Position numbers and translations under genes: made by a program
Shown here: piece by piece, positions 18,262-28,707 of the stretch
Layout of the letters: each line of letters begins with the position of its first letter
Position numbering within the stretch: the stretch's first letter is position 1
Notes under the pieces: generated by a model
Databases searched by the model: none
Seen by the model: the letters and a program-made list of their open reading frames with translations, nothing else
Told to the model about the DNA's origin: nothing
DNA from: Fibrobacterales bacterium
GTDB taxonomy: Bacteria > Fibrobacterota > Fibrobacteria > Fibrobacterales > JAOPTW01
NCBI GenBank assembly: GCA_051532035.1
Contig: JAOPTW010000047.1
Span: forward strand, 25,735 to 89,734
Direction: 5' to 3'
Length of the DNA: 64,000 nucleotides

Positions 18262-20802
18262 TTATCCTTCATCATCAGCTACAGTATGATGCACATCATA
18301 CTTAAAGAGCATCGCAGGAAGCAGTATAAAATCAGCGAAGAGCGCTAAGGTGATCACTGCAGAACAAAGCATTCCCATGTTAGAATTAATAGAGAACTGG
18401 GAAATCACCAATACACCAAACCCAACAATAAGAATAATTGAAGTAAAAAAGAGTGGGCGGCCCACATTCTGGAATGTCCATGATATTGCCTCATGAGTAT
18501 TTTTACCTGCATATTTAGCATCGATATATTTAACTAAAAAATGCACCGTATCATCAACGGCAATTCCCAATGTGATCATTCCAACTATCGCAACTGAGAG
18601 GTCAACAACATACCCCGACATACCCACAACACCAAACAAAACAACCAGTGGCCACACGTTTGGCACCATACTAAAAAGTGCAATTTTCCATGATCGAAAC
18701 GTTAACGCAAGAGTCAAAGTAATAAGAATTAATGAAATCATTAGGCTCTTCAACATTCCTGGAATAGCCTTATTCATTAAATTACCAAACATTACCGGAA
18801 CACCAATTGCTGACGCTCGCACTTCTGGCATTTCTCTTTCAAGCCATGCATTAAGTGAGTCTGCAACGGCTATTTGTTCTGAAGAAGGAATTGAGGTTTG
18901 AAAGGCTGTAACTCTCGCGAAGCGTTCATCAATACTTCTTTGATTATTCAGGTCCATCCCCTGAGGCAATGAGAGAGAGTAGAGCATAAGGTATTGAGCA
19001 ATAAGCCTCCGTGCCGACAGAGTATCCCCTGGAGCGAGTACCGAATCTTTATCAGGAATCGAGAAAAAGTCATCCTGATTCCCATGCAACGTTTTATTCA
19101 GTCGTTTTACCACATCTACAATACTCGCTACATAGGTAATGTTATATTCAGGATGCGAATCAATATAGTCAGAAAATTTTTCAATTTTTTTCAAAAATTC
19201 TGGACCATTAACACCATTCTCTTCTCCCGAGTCAAAACTAAACTCTATAGGATTAGTACCAATGATGTTCTCATCAATATACTCAGTAGCTGCCCTAAAC
19301 TCTGTGCCTTCTTTAAAATATTTAATAGAATTACTATCAATGATGATAGTTGTAAGAAAATAGACACTTACCACCGTGAGAATCAGTGACGAAAGACGAA
19401 TTGCACGCTGGTACTTAAAAGTAAAGGGTTCAAGTTTACTGAGAAGGCTATACACAGAATCTTTTTTCTGAGCTTTTTCAACAGTTTTTGCCTTAGCCTT
19501 AATGGGGAGCACAGCAAGCAACGCAGGCATGGTGAACAGTGAAGCAAAAAAGGCATAGAGTGTACCGGTTCCTGCAAAAAGTCCAAGGTCTTGAAAGGGA
19601 GGGATCTCTTGAGCAACAAGCGAAAAGAACCCAATAGCCGTTGTAACCGAGGTAATCAAACACGCCATAAAATTTTTCTGAATCGTAATTCGTATGGCCT
19701 CGTACTTTGATTTACCAAGTCTTAAATTGCGATAAAAAACAGAAAGTACATGTACTGAATCGGCAATTGCAACTGCTGTTAAAATCTGCATAGTATTCAT
19801 TGTTACATTCGTAAGAGAGTACTCCAAAACACCAACAAAAAGTAGTATCGGAAACATAACTGAAGTAACTAATACCCCAAGTGGTAAAAAGGTACCCCAA
19901 AACGATTTCAACGTGAGCGCAAGTACCACAAAAATAAATATGAACATTATCGGTATAAGGCTACTGATATCTTTCATCGCAAACTCAAAAAAGCTTGAAT
20001 TAAGCATTACTGTTCCACTTAATTTTATCTCTAGGTCATTATTGGCTTGGGTAATCTGAGCGACTAACTTTTCTGCACTCGCTCGCGCTTCTTCAAACCC
20101 CTGTGGAAAGGCCCCAGGAATAATAGCAGTCAAAGAAATTTGGGTAAGGTCACCGGACTTTGAAATCATATATTTCGAAAGAATATTATCATTTAAAACC
20201 AAAGCTTTTTTGTCTTTCAATTCATTTGCCGAAAGAGGAAGTGACTCAATCACATCTTCTACAACCAAATTATCTTCAGCAGACTCTTCTTCTTCATCGT
20301 CAAAGATCAAATCTGCATCTATAGGTTCTTCATCAACAATTTCTTGACCGACATAGGTGTAATTAAAATTGGTAATACTTTGAACTCGACTAATATAAGG
20401 AACACTCCACGAATCATCCGTTAATTTTTTTAGTGATGCAAGGTTTTCATTCGTAAACAAATCACCAGACTTTGAACGAATAACAATAAGCAATTGATCT
20501 TCTTTTGCAAATACTTTTTGGAAACGATCAAATGCGTTGAGATTCTCATCATGGTCGTCAAACCAAACATGATAATCTGAATTCATAATTGGGCTCGGCG
20601 CTACATGACTACTATCGAACACCAAAGGGTTATTCCTCAGTTCTGTCATATAGGCAACATGCTCCTGAGCCTTTTGCGCCCGGCCTCCCATGAAACTAAA
20701 GAGCACCCCTATCAGTACTATATTTAGAGCTATAATAGCCCAACGATTTTTAATGACAAAGTCTGCAATACGATTAACAAACTGTACTACTCCATCATGC
20801 AT
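18262..20802 (-). CDS. MMPL/RND-superfamily transporter
   Basis: Two 1+5 TM halves; AVAIADSVH, LITSVTTAIGF, GIAVDDTVHF. Confidence 0.92.
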   Translation of the reverse strand: MHDGVVQFVNRIADFVIKNRWAIIALNIVLIGVLFSFMGGRAQKAQEHVAYMTELRNNPLVFDSSHVAPSPIMNSDYHVWFDDHDENLNAFDRFQKVFAKEDQLLIVIRSKSGDLFTNENLASLKKLTDDSWSVPYISRVQSITNFNYTYVGQEIVDEEPIDADLIFDDEEEESAEDNLVVEDVIESLPLSANELKDKKALVLNDNILSKYMISKSGDLTQISLTAIIPGAFPQGFEEARASAEKLVAQITQANNDLEIKLSGTVMLNSSFFEFAMKDISSLIPIMFIFIFVVLALTLKSFWGTFLPLGVLVTSVMFPILLFVGVLEYSLTNVTMNTMQILTAVAIADSVHVLSVFYRNLRLGKSKYEAIRITIQKNFMACLITSVTTAIGFFSLVAQEIPPFQDLGLFAGTGTLYAFFASLFTMPALLAVLPIKAKAKTVEKAQKKDSVYSLLSKLEPFTFKYQRAIRLSSLILTVVSVYFLTTIIIDSNSIKYFKEGTEFRAATEYIDENIIGTNPIEFSFDSGEENGVNGPEFLKKIEKFSDYIDSHPEYNITYVASIVDVVKRLNKTLHGNQDDFFSIPDKDSVLAPGDTLSARRLIAQYLMLYSLSLPQGMDLNNQRSIDERFARVTAFQTSIPSSEQIAVADSLNAWLEREMPEVRASAIGVPVMFGNLMNKAIPGMLKSLMISLILITLTLALTFRSWKIALFSMVPNVWPLVVLFGVVGMSGYVVDLSVAIVGMITLGIAVDDTVHFLVKYIDAKYAGKNTHEAISWTFQNVGRPLFFTSIILIVGFGVLVISQFSINSNMGMLCSAVITLALFADFILLPAMLFKYDVHHTVADDEG

Positions 20803-20842
20803 TCTTAACTCCTTTCAATGCTATTCCCATTATTGTTTACTA

Positions 20843-22126
20843 TTAAAAGTTCCATTGAACATCGGCTTCAAGCCGTGCCAAATGTTCTAATTGTTTCATC
20901 ATACTGACCTCTTCTGCAATAAGTGCCATAGCACCTATCTTCACTGTAAGAAGCTCAAATATTCGTTCTTGGTATTCTGCAGACATAAGCCACTCATAAT
21001 TTTCAAAACTTGAAAATACTCCCAATAATAGAGACCTATCAGAAATAGTATTGAAGCTATAGCGAACCCCCGTAAAAAGATGATTATTAAAGGGCCTGAA
21101 GGCCCCTAATGTAGAAGGGTCTTCCCCCCAATCACTCGTAGCAATTAGTTCTGCTATCAGCCCTACATCTTGGTTATCAAAAAGCAATGCATTAATCGTA
21201 TACTCAACCCCAGTCGTTGCAGCCTTATAAGAATCAAAATTCTCAGAATCATAAATGGTATTTATAATTTCACCTTTTATAAGCCACGCATCGAGCGCCC
21301 CCTGGAATGTAAGACCCATTCGATGAATGATCTCATATTTCTGAAGTAATCCCTTTTGTACATCAAATGTTGGCAATACATCTCTATCATACCCTTGAAA
21401 ATAAAAAAGTGAAAAATCAACATCTTCAAATGCAGTCGAAGAGAATCGAATAGCACCTTGAGGGCGCCACCGCTTCTGAGTCGCCCCATACTCAATTGAC
21501 TCATACTCATTTGAAAGAGGTAAAACATACCCTCTACTCCCCTGTTGTACATGAGTTGTTGGTGTAAACCAAGGGAGGTAATAAAACTCCAATGTACTCT
21601 CATCTCCAAAGGGAGATATAAACCGAGCGCGTGTTGCTAACTCTCCAATTTTATCTGGATCAAGTAAATCGTACTGTCGATCAACTTGATTTAAAAAATC
21701 AGCCCAGCTCACACTTTCTACAGTTTTCCATGAGAAAATTTGGTACCCCATTCGTAACTCAACGGTCTCTTGTATTAGGTCAAGATAGAGGTCATCAATA
21801 AGGAGCCTGTTTCTCCCTTTGCCCATGAAGTGTACTCCTTTTCTCTCAAAAGAGTCATCAGTAGGGTCGAATACAAATCGAGGATTGAGCACCAATTCGA
21901 TGGGAAGCTCCCCAAATTGATAGGTTAAAAAGAGACTTCCTTTTATAGTGGACACAAAATCAGGCTGATTTTGCCCTGTTTTTTCCTTCGGGTAATACCA
22001 TTGAAGGTACCCTAGGTTACCACGGTATTGTAGTGAACTTCCAGAGTCAAACTCGATACTTTGACTCACCCCTTCAGCAATCAAGACAAAGAGGACAATC
22101 ATACAATAGTGTGCTATTTTATGCAT
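20843..22126 (-). CDS. Outer-membrane beta-barrel partner of the MMPL system
   Basis: Signal peptide, G.Q...W...E.....D..N motif, terminal WNF; lies between the LolA-like and MMPL genes. Confidence 0.7.
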   Translation of the reverse strand: MHKIAHYCMIVLFVLIAEGVSQSIEFDSGSSLQYRGNLGYLQWYYPKEKTGQNQPDFVSTIKGSLFLTYQFGELPIELVLNPRFVFDPTDDSFERKGVHFMGKGRNRLLIDDLYLDLIQETVELRMGYQIFSWKTVESVSWADFLNQVDRQYDLLDPDKIGELATRARFISPFGDESTLEFYYLPWFTPTTHVQQGSRGYVLPLSNEYESIEYGATQKRWRPQGAIRFSSTAFEDVDFSLFYFQGYDRDVLPTFDVQKGLLQKYEIIHRMGLTFQGALDAWLIKGEIINTIYDSENFDSYKAATTGVEYTINALLFDNQDVGLIAELIATSDWGEDPSTLGAFRPFNNHLFTGVRYSFNTISDRSLLLGVFSSFENYEWLMSAEYQERIFELLTVKIGAMALIAEEVSMMKQLEHLARLEADVQWNF

Positions 22127-22155
22127 ATACTTTTCCTAAAGAGTAATGGTGATAC

Positions 22156-22926
22156 TTAGATTTTTAACATGCGCTGCATTGAGCGTTTTGAAAAATCTTT
22201 CTTTTTTAAACCATTTTTAAAAGTGCGCTTTGAATAGTCTAAAATACTTTTTTTCTTGTTCTGCATATTCTCCATTTCAATGCGATCAAAACGCCACGTT
22301 TTCCCATATTGTTTCCAGCCCATCATGAGCTGTACTTTAAGGAGAGTCTGTTTACGATCAAAAAATTCTGCACGCATCATCAAGTGGTTATCTATAGAAA
22401 ACCATACCTTAACTTTTGAATATCCCGAATTATCGTATGTTGGGACTCGTTCCACTAAATAACACGGCACGCCATTAAAACTGTCTTCTTTAATGAAGGT
22501 GTAACTCCATTTATCGAGCGTATTCCCACTAATATCTTCATAAGAAAACTCGGACCCCATAAACGATCCCGACTTATTCTTAGATGATATTTTCTTTACC
22601 CGTCTCAGTTCAGGTAGATAGAGCCACTGTTTATCATTCCCTGTTGGATTTTGATACGTTAGCAGAGAGGTCCCACGAACATCTGCCGGATTTAAAAATT
22701 GAATTACTGATAAATCCTTTGAATTATCTCGTTCCATGGTAATACTCGTCATCTTACGCATCACGGTGTCTCCTGCCGCGTTGATAAGAGTCAGAGTAGA
22801 AATGGATTTTTCATCAACAAAATTTCTCTGATTACCATCTGCTTTTTTTGCGATGTCATATCCCTTATTGGCCAAGGCTCCCGATACTGCCCCTACAAGT
22901 AAAACCATTAATAACACTTTCTTCAT
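22156..22926 (-). CDS. Outer-membrane lipoprotein-sorting (LolA-like) protein
   Basis: PADVRGT.LL, QWLYLPELRRVKKI, SFMGSEFSYED. Confidence 0.9.
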   Translation of the reverse strand: MKKVLLMVLLVGAVSGALANKGYDIAKKADGNQRNFVDEKSISTLTLINAAGDTVMRKMTSITMERDNSKDLSVIQFLNPADVRGTSLLTYQNPTGNDKQWLYLPELRRVKKISSKNKSGSFMGSEFSYEDISGNTLDKWSYTFIKEDSFNGVPCYLVERVPTYDNSGYSKVKVWFSIDNHLMMRAEFFDRKQTLLKVQLMMGWKQYGKTWRFDRIEMENMQNKKKSILDYSKRTFKNGLKKKDFSKRSMQRMLKI

Positions 22927-22937
22927 ACTCTTTCTCC

Positions 22938-23573
22938 TTATGATTTTATTATTCCGTTATAAAATATTTCTAACACTGATTCTTTATGCATTGCATAGAA
23001 TGCTTCGTTTAATTCTAGCCCACAATGATCGAGATGATCACGGTAGAAAGGTTCTGAAAAGAAAATATTCATACACATTCCTTTGAGGTTTATAAAGAGA
23101 CTCAATGGGTTTATGTTTTTTATGAGCCCTGAATCACTCCATTGTTGGAAAAGACTAAATGCATTCTCACATTGATTATTACAAGTATCGGATGATTTCT
23201 GATAAATCATTTCTAAATACTCCCCACCAGAAGAAAGCTCTCTAAAAAGAATATTTCTCTGACAGGGGCTCCTATAATAGAGCTCTACTATATAGTCTAT
23301 GATAGTTTTCAATACTGCCCTGACATCTCCTTTATTTTCAACAGTTTCAAGTCGATCCTTCATACCCGTCCAGTAATTATTCATCATCTCTTCCAAAATA
23401 TGAATATACAGCTGTTCCTTTGATCGAAAATAGTAGTGAAGTAACGCCTTATTGACCCCTGCACGTTCAGCAATACTTTTCATCCTTGCACCATCTATCC
23501 CATGGTCACAAAACTCAAGAGCTGCCGCCTCTAGAATTTTAACCTGTGCATCCAATTTTTCACTTCTAGTCAT
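22938..23573 (-). CDS. TetR/AcrR-family regulator
   Basis: ILEAA..EF...G..GARM..IAERAGVNKALLHYYFRSKEQLY. Confidence 0.95.
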   Translation of the reverse strand: MTRSEKLDAQVKILEAAALEFCDHGIDGARMKSIAERAGVNKALLHYYFRSKEQLYIHILEEMMNNYWTGMKDRLETVENKGDVRAVLKTIIDYIVELYYRSPCQRNILFRELSSGGEYLEMIYQKSSDTCNNQCENAFSLFQQWSDSGLIKNINPLSLFINLKGMCMNIFFSEPFYRDHLDHCGLELNEAFYAMHKESVLEIFYNGIIKS

Positions 23574-23657
23574 AATTTCCCTCTCACTATAAAAACCCTT
23601 GTTGTGGGTTATTGAGCCTTTTAAAGCACCTAAAGCTGATTATCCTTACCCATTAAA

Positions 23658-23764
23658 TTAACCAAATGGATTAATCAAACGGTTTAACCATGTGGTTAAC
23701 ATTAAAAAACATTCTTGAACGTGTCAAGCCATCTCACTACATTTATTTAACCAGCTGGTTAAAT
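23658..23764. promoter_or_regulatory. Cluster of TTAACCA-NN-TGGTTAA palindromic operators, probably TetR sites, around a minus-strand sigma70 promoter
   Basis: ttaaccatgtggttaa at 23684-23699; perfect atttaaccagctggttaaat at 23745-23764; degenerate copies at 23658-23687; TTGACA(23727-23722)-N17-TAATGT. Confidence 0.75.
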
Positions 23765-23909
23765 GCCACCACAATAAACTCCAACCCCCTTTAAAACAAG
23801 GGCCCCCAACTCATTTTACACCTTTGTTATTACTTATTCGCTACCCCCACAGCGGCTTTTGTTTGTCTATATTATTACTAGACAAATTAACGCGTTGAGG
23901 CCGTCTGAA

Positions 23910-24239
23910 ATGAAAATTTTTTATGAGACAGAACAAGGGCGAATAAGCGACTGTAATGACTGTGATAAATACAGTATTGAGTTTGGAAACTTGTCTATCT
24001 GCATGAACTCACAAGAAATTGCAGATTTCTATACCATGGTTCAAAACACCGACTTTAATCTTACCAAAGAGAGCGGCGGGTTAAAAGCCGTCTATTACCG
24101 ATTTAAAGGTGCAGACCTTACCCTTGGGTTTGATCAATCTGAAATACTGGAGCTCCATGATCTACTGGAGTTTGGCGCATTTTTTATTGCACAAGAAACA
24201 AAAACATCCTTGCCCAATTCAGATAACACCAAAATCTAA
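23910..24239 (+). CDS. Small CxxC protein (DUF6686-like)
   Basis: G.IS.C..C..Y.IEFGN pattern; SD GAGG upstream. Confidence 0.55.
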   Translation: MKIFYETEQGRISDCNDCDKYSIEFGNLSICMNSQEIADFYTMVQNTDFNLTKESGGLKAVYYRFKGADLTLGFDQSEILELHDLLEFGAFFIAQETKTSLPNSDNTKI

Positions 24240-24467
24240 AACTTTTAACCTGGCTAAAAGGCCGTTCCCCCAAATCTAGAGGGGCCTTTTTACCTACCCA
24301 CCCAATTTCTGCCTATTTAACACAGAAGAATTATAAGAACAATATTACTGAATTCATGTCAACAAATGTCAACCATATCTCTCTTGTTGATAAACCAATA
24401 GCAATTATTTAAAAGTCTTTTAATCTACTTTAAACTGAAACTGGAACAAACACACTGAGGGCTTTTA

Positions 24468-26297
24468 ATGAAATCAATGTTCTTACATCTATCCATTGCA
24501 CTCATCTTTATACACTGCACAGAGACCCCACAGGACATACTATCCAACGAAAACTCATCGTCAGACACAGTAGAAAATTCCCTCAGCTACCACTACAGTG
24601 AAATATCCGCTGTATCAACTGAGTCTTCATCATTACCCACTGAAGCCCTCAGTTCAGAAGAAGTATCCTCTTCATCTTTTGAAACTACCTCAAATACCTA
24701 TTCTGAACGTGAACTCAGCAGCAATGAGCAAATAATTGAATCAAGCTCACATAAACCATTTAACCCCATAGATGGATTAAGAATTGAAGCTGAATCTGGT
24801 GAAGCACTCTCCCCCACTATTGACATGGCTGGAGTAGGGGCGACAGGAAGCTTTATACGTGTATTTAAGACAGGTGATGTTATTAAATACCCTTCGATTA
24901 ATTTTGGCACCGCAACACAATCCCTTGTCCTCTATGCCGCCCAAGCCTATGATGACGCTCGAGTAGAGTTTCGAATTGATAGCCCTAATGGAACGCTAGT
25001 TGCAGATATACTTATGAACCAAACCGATAGCTGGACAAACTTTAAGCAACAACACATTTCAATAAAACCCCTTTCCGGTATACATGATCTCTACATGATA
25101 GCTAATCATACATCCGGAGCAGGTGATATTGACTGGATACAATTCACTAATTACCCACTCGACCAACCAATCGCCCCAGAACTTACTGCAATTTCGGCCG
25201 ACGACTCAACAATCACACTCTCTTGGCTCGCATTTGACACCCTTGCATCTCACTACCGCCTGTATGCCGGAACATCTGACACCAAGCCCAGTGATCCTCT
25301 TTTCACTTTTACAGACACCACTTCTATTTTTACCATCAACAACCTTATCAGTGGCACTGACTATACTCTGTGGCTCGAAGCCCACACAACATTCACTCAC
25401 AGCGACGCCACCGCATCTTCCATGAGCACCACTGGAGAAGCCCCACCTAACCGCTGCCTCAACATCCCTCACTGTGCAGATGCATCGAAAGGTGAATGGA
25501 CCCTTGTTGTGATACCAGACACCCAACACTATTCTCAAAATAGAGCTTCAGCACCAATAAGTCACATGATTGAAGCATTTGACTGGTTGATAGCCATGAA
25601 AGACCAGCTCAATATTAAATTTGTGCAAGGCCTTGGCGACATTACTGAAACGTGGAATAATCGAGGTGAATGGAATGCAACATCAGAAGCCTGGAACAAA
25701 CTCTATGGTGAGATTCCTTTTATTGTAAACCAAGGTAACCATGATGACCCAGGAATGCTTAATGAATATTATCCAATTTCCAGTTTTAGCCATGAAGAGT
25801 GGTGGGGTGGTGACTACAATGGCACACTCAACACCTACCAGCTTTTCACTTTTTACGGAGAAAAATACCTATTTATCAATATTCAATCCTATGATCAATT
25901 TCTAAATGTTACCGATAAAGGCCCACTCCACTGGGCAAATGATATTATCTCACAACACCCTAATAGAAAAGTAATCATAGCAACTCATGACACTACTGAA
26001 AGAGACTGGGTAGTAACAAATGTTATTGAGCAACATGACAATATTGTATTAACCAATGCGGGCCACTCATGTGGTAGAGAAGCCAATTGGACTACCACTG
26101 GCCCCGGAGGCGCAGTGTCCTATAACTATATGACTGACTATCAATGTGATGCAAATGAAGTGATGCTTCTTCGGTATTATATATTTAAACCGCTTGAAGA
26201 CAAGGTGGACTTCTACACTTATTCCCCTATAGCAGATTCATATGAAGACGATGAAAACTCCCAGGGATCCTTTCCTCTTATACAAATTGACCCATAA
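24468..26297 (+). CDS. Lipoprotein: Ser-rich linker, CBM6-like module, FN3 domain and calcineurin-like metallophosphoesterase
   Basis: RIEAE..VEFRIDSPNGTLVA..GIHDLY..DIDWIQF (CBM6); SITLSW-like..YTLWLEA (FN3); PDTQ, LGDI, GNHD, GH (phosphoesterase). Confidence 0.8.
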   Translation: MKSMFLHLSIALIFIHCTETPQDILSNENSSSDTVENSLSYHYSEISAVSTESSSLPTEALSSEEVSSSSFETTSNTYSERELSSNEQIIESSSHKPFNPIDGLRIEAESGEALSPTIDMAGVGATGSFIRVFKTGDVIKYPSINFGTATQSLVLYAAQAYDDARVEFRIDSPNGTLVADILMNQTDSWTNFKQQHISIKPLSGIHDLYMIANHTSGAGDIDWIQFTNYPLDQPIAPELTAISADDSTITLSWLAFDTLASHYRLYAGTSDTKPSDPLFTFTDTTSIFTINNLISGTDYTLWLEAHTTFTHSDATASSMSTTGEAPPNRCLNIPHCADASKGEWTLVVIPDTQHYSQNRASAPISHMIEAFDWLIAMKDQLNIKFVQGLGDITETWNNRGEWNATSEAWNKLYGEIPFIVNQGNHDDPGMLNEYYPISSFSHEEWWGGDYNGTLNTYQLFTFYGEKYLFINIQSYDQFLNVTDKGPLHWANDIISQHPNRKVIIATHDTTERDWVVTNVIEQHDNIVLTNAGHSCGREANWTTTGPGGAVSYNYMTDYQCDANEVMLLRYYIFKPLEDKVDFYTYSPIADSYEDDENSQGSFPLIQIDP

Positions 26298-26363
26298 AAA
26301 AGGAGGTCTTTTAGACCTCCCTACTAACATAAATTTGACTAAAGACAGCCCTAAGGAACTCTC

Positions 26364-27623
26364 TTACCCTTCAACGATCCGTTCGATCTTACCGCCAAGC
26401 CCAGTAATTTTTTTCTCGAAATACTCATACCCACGATCCATATGATAAATTCGAGAGATATCGGTCTCTCCTTCAGCAACAAGACCAGCAAGCACTAGTG
26501 CAGCAGATGCACGCAAATCAGATGCCATCACTGGTGCACCACTCATATGAGCACCACCATTGATCGTTGCAATATTTTCGCTTAAAGCAATATCAGCACC
26601 AAGTCTCTGTAGTTCAGATAAATGAGAAAAACGGTCGTGATAGATATTATCTTGGACAATACATGTTCCAGGCACCGTCGAAAGAAGGGCCATAAATTGT
26701 GCCTGCATATCAGTTGGGAAGGCTGGATGTGGATTGGTAATAACATTCACTGGCTTTAGTTCACAATCTCGGGCATCGACAATAACATAATCATCGCCAA
26801 CTTCGAGTGCACACCCCATCTGTTCGAGTACTTCGAGCACTGCTTTAAGATCTTTCGGCTCTGCGTTAGTAATTTTTACTCGTCCACGAGTTATAGCACC
26901 ACCAACCAAAAAGGTTCCCGCTTCGATACGGTCAGGAATTGTTTTGCCCTTACCTGGATTCAACTTTTCGACACCTTCAATAACCAATGTTTTGGTACCC
27001 ACCCCCGAAATATTTGCCCCCATTCCAATAAGGTAATCACAGAGTGCTGTTATTTCTGGTTCCATTGCAGCATTATTCAATACCGAAGTTCCCTTTGCTA
27101 GGGTGGTTGCCATCAAGATATTTGCCGTTGCACCTACTGACGAGATAGGAAAGTTTATTTCCGCCCCCTGGAGTCGATCACAAGTCGCCTCGATATACCC
27201 ATGCTTTACCTCAATATGTGCACCCAGTGCTTCCATACCTTTAATGTGTAGGTCAACAGGGCGAGGCCCCCAAGCACAGCCACCAGGCAGTGAGACGCGA
27301 GCTTTGCCAAAACGGGCAACCAATGGACCCAACACATAAATGGAGGCTCTCATAGTCTTAACAAGTTCATAAGGCGCTTCAAGGTGCGTCACATTTGATG
27401 AATCGAGTTTGAGCGAACCAGGAGAAGAATCAATCTTCATACCAAGAACACGCATCACATTACACATTGTTTTCACATCTTTAAGACGAGGCACATTGGT
27501 AATTTCAGAAACACCGTCTGCAAGAAGGGTTGCAGCCAGAACTGGCAATACCGCATTCTTTGCGCCTGATATAACAACTTCCCCATCAAGTGGGCCACTC
27601 TTCCAAACCTTGTAGCTATCCAT
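26364..27623 (-). CDS. murA: UDP-N-acetylglucosamine 1-carboxyvinyltransferase
   Basis: SGAKNA, LPGGCAWGPRPVDLH, PDRIEAGT, FPTDMQAQ, DLRASAAL. Confidence 0.97.
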   Translation of the reverse strand: MDSYKVWKSGPLDGEVVISGAKNAVLPVLAATLLADGVSEITNVPRLKDVKTMCNVMRVLGMKIDSSPGSLKLDSSNVTHLEAPYELVKTMRASIYVLGPLVARFGKARVSLPGGCAWGPRPVDLHIKGMEALGAHIEVKHGYIEATCDRLQGAEINFPISSVGATANILMATTLAKGTSVLNNAAMEPEITALCDYLIGMGANISGVGTKTLVIEGVEKLNPGKGKTIPDRIEAGTFLVGGAITRGRVKITNAEPKDLKAVLEVLEQMGCALEVGDDYVIVDARDCELKPVNVITNPHPAFPTDMQAQFMALLSTVPGTCIVQDNIYHDRFSHLSELQRLGADIALSENIATINGGAHMSGAPVMASDLRASAALVLAGLVAEGETDISRIYHMDRGYEYFEKKITGLGGKIERIVEG

Positions 27624-28707
27624 CGATCAACTCTCCAATATTGCGCGCTGCAATTGCAGCAAATCCTTCACCATCCCGAGGCGTTAATTGATGTGAAATA
27701 GTCATCAAATCCTTAATAACCTGCTCTTCCCGGGAGAGTACCTTTGTAATTGCAAAAGATACAAATTTCTTCAGTGATGACTCTCTCCAAAAGAGTAATT
27801 CAGGAAAAAGAGCACGATTGAGAAGAATATTAACGACCGACATATAGGGAATAGATACAAAGAGCTTGGCGATTGCATAGTTAATAAACCCCGCTTTATA
27901 GAGAATCACTGAAGGCACTCCATAAGCAGCCAGCTCCACATTATTGGTTCCCGGCACAGCCACTGCAAAGCGAGCTTTCCCCAATGCTTCATAAAAATTG
28001 GTTGTCATATGATGTTCCAGAAATAGGTTTTGTACCTCAGGATCTTTTGCCAAAAACTGAGGAATCACCACCTCAATAGTCAGGCTCTCTGGAATAGATT
28101 GTTGCAACTGTGCGGCTACTGCTTTAAATGAGCGGGCATTAGAAACAACGACACCTTTTCTACTCCCCGGGACAAGTACAATCGTATCTCGAGAGGTATG
28201 AGCCACAGGAATCCTATCATACACCGGATGCCCCGCATAATAAACCTCAGCTCCAGCCTTGCGATAGAGTTCGGCCTCAAAAGGGAGCACTGTCTGAACC
28301 AACACATCTTTAAATGCGGTCACCCTCCCCCTTTTCCAAGCCCACACCTGAGGGGGGGCAATATAATAGACAGGCACCATACTATGTTTGCACTGTTCGA
28401 GGAGCTTCATATTCAAGCCGGCATAATCTATAAGAATCACGCCGCAATAGCTCCCTGAAGCAATCTCACCTTTTGCCTGTTTAATAAGCTTTTTGAAAAA
28501 AGGAATCTGGGTAAACACCTCGACAAACCCACTCACCGCCACTTTTGCAAAGGGAACCAGTGGACTCAGACCCTGCTCAACCATTGCATCACCACCAATA
28601 CCTGCAAAAGAACATCCAGGATACTGTTTATGAAGTTGTCCCATTACTGCCGCCCCTATAAGTACTCCAGAATGATCACCAGCTGAGATAAAGAATTTTT
28701 TAGTCAT
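27616..28707 (-). CDS. lpxB: Lipid-A-disaccharide synthase
   Basis: SAGDHSG, GIGG..M, IDY, YYIAPPQVWAWK, LPFE, GHP, PGSR. Confidence 0.9.
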   Translation of the reverse strand: MTKKFFISAGDHSGVLIGAAVMGQLHKQYPGCSFAGIGGDAMVEQGLSPLVPFAKVAVSGFVEVFTQIPFFKKLIKQAKGEIASGSYCGVILIDYAGLNMKLLEQCKHSMVPVYYIAPPQVWAWKRGRVTAFKDVLVQTVLPFEAELYRKAGAEVYYAGHPVYDRIPVAHTSRDTIVLVPGSRKGVVVSNARSFKAVAAQLQQSIPESLTIEVVIPQFLAKDPEVQNLFLEHHMTTNFYEALGKARFAVAVPGTNNVELAAYGVPSVILYKAGFINYAIAKLFVSIPYMSVVNILLNRALFPELLFWRESSLKKFVSFAITKVLSREEQVIKDLMTISHQLTPRDGEGFAAIAARNIGELIDG

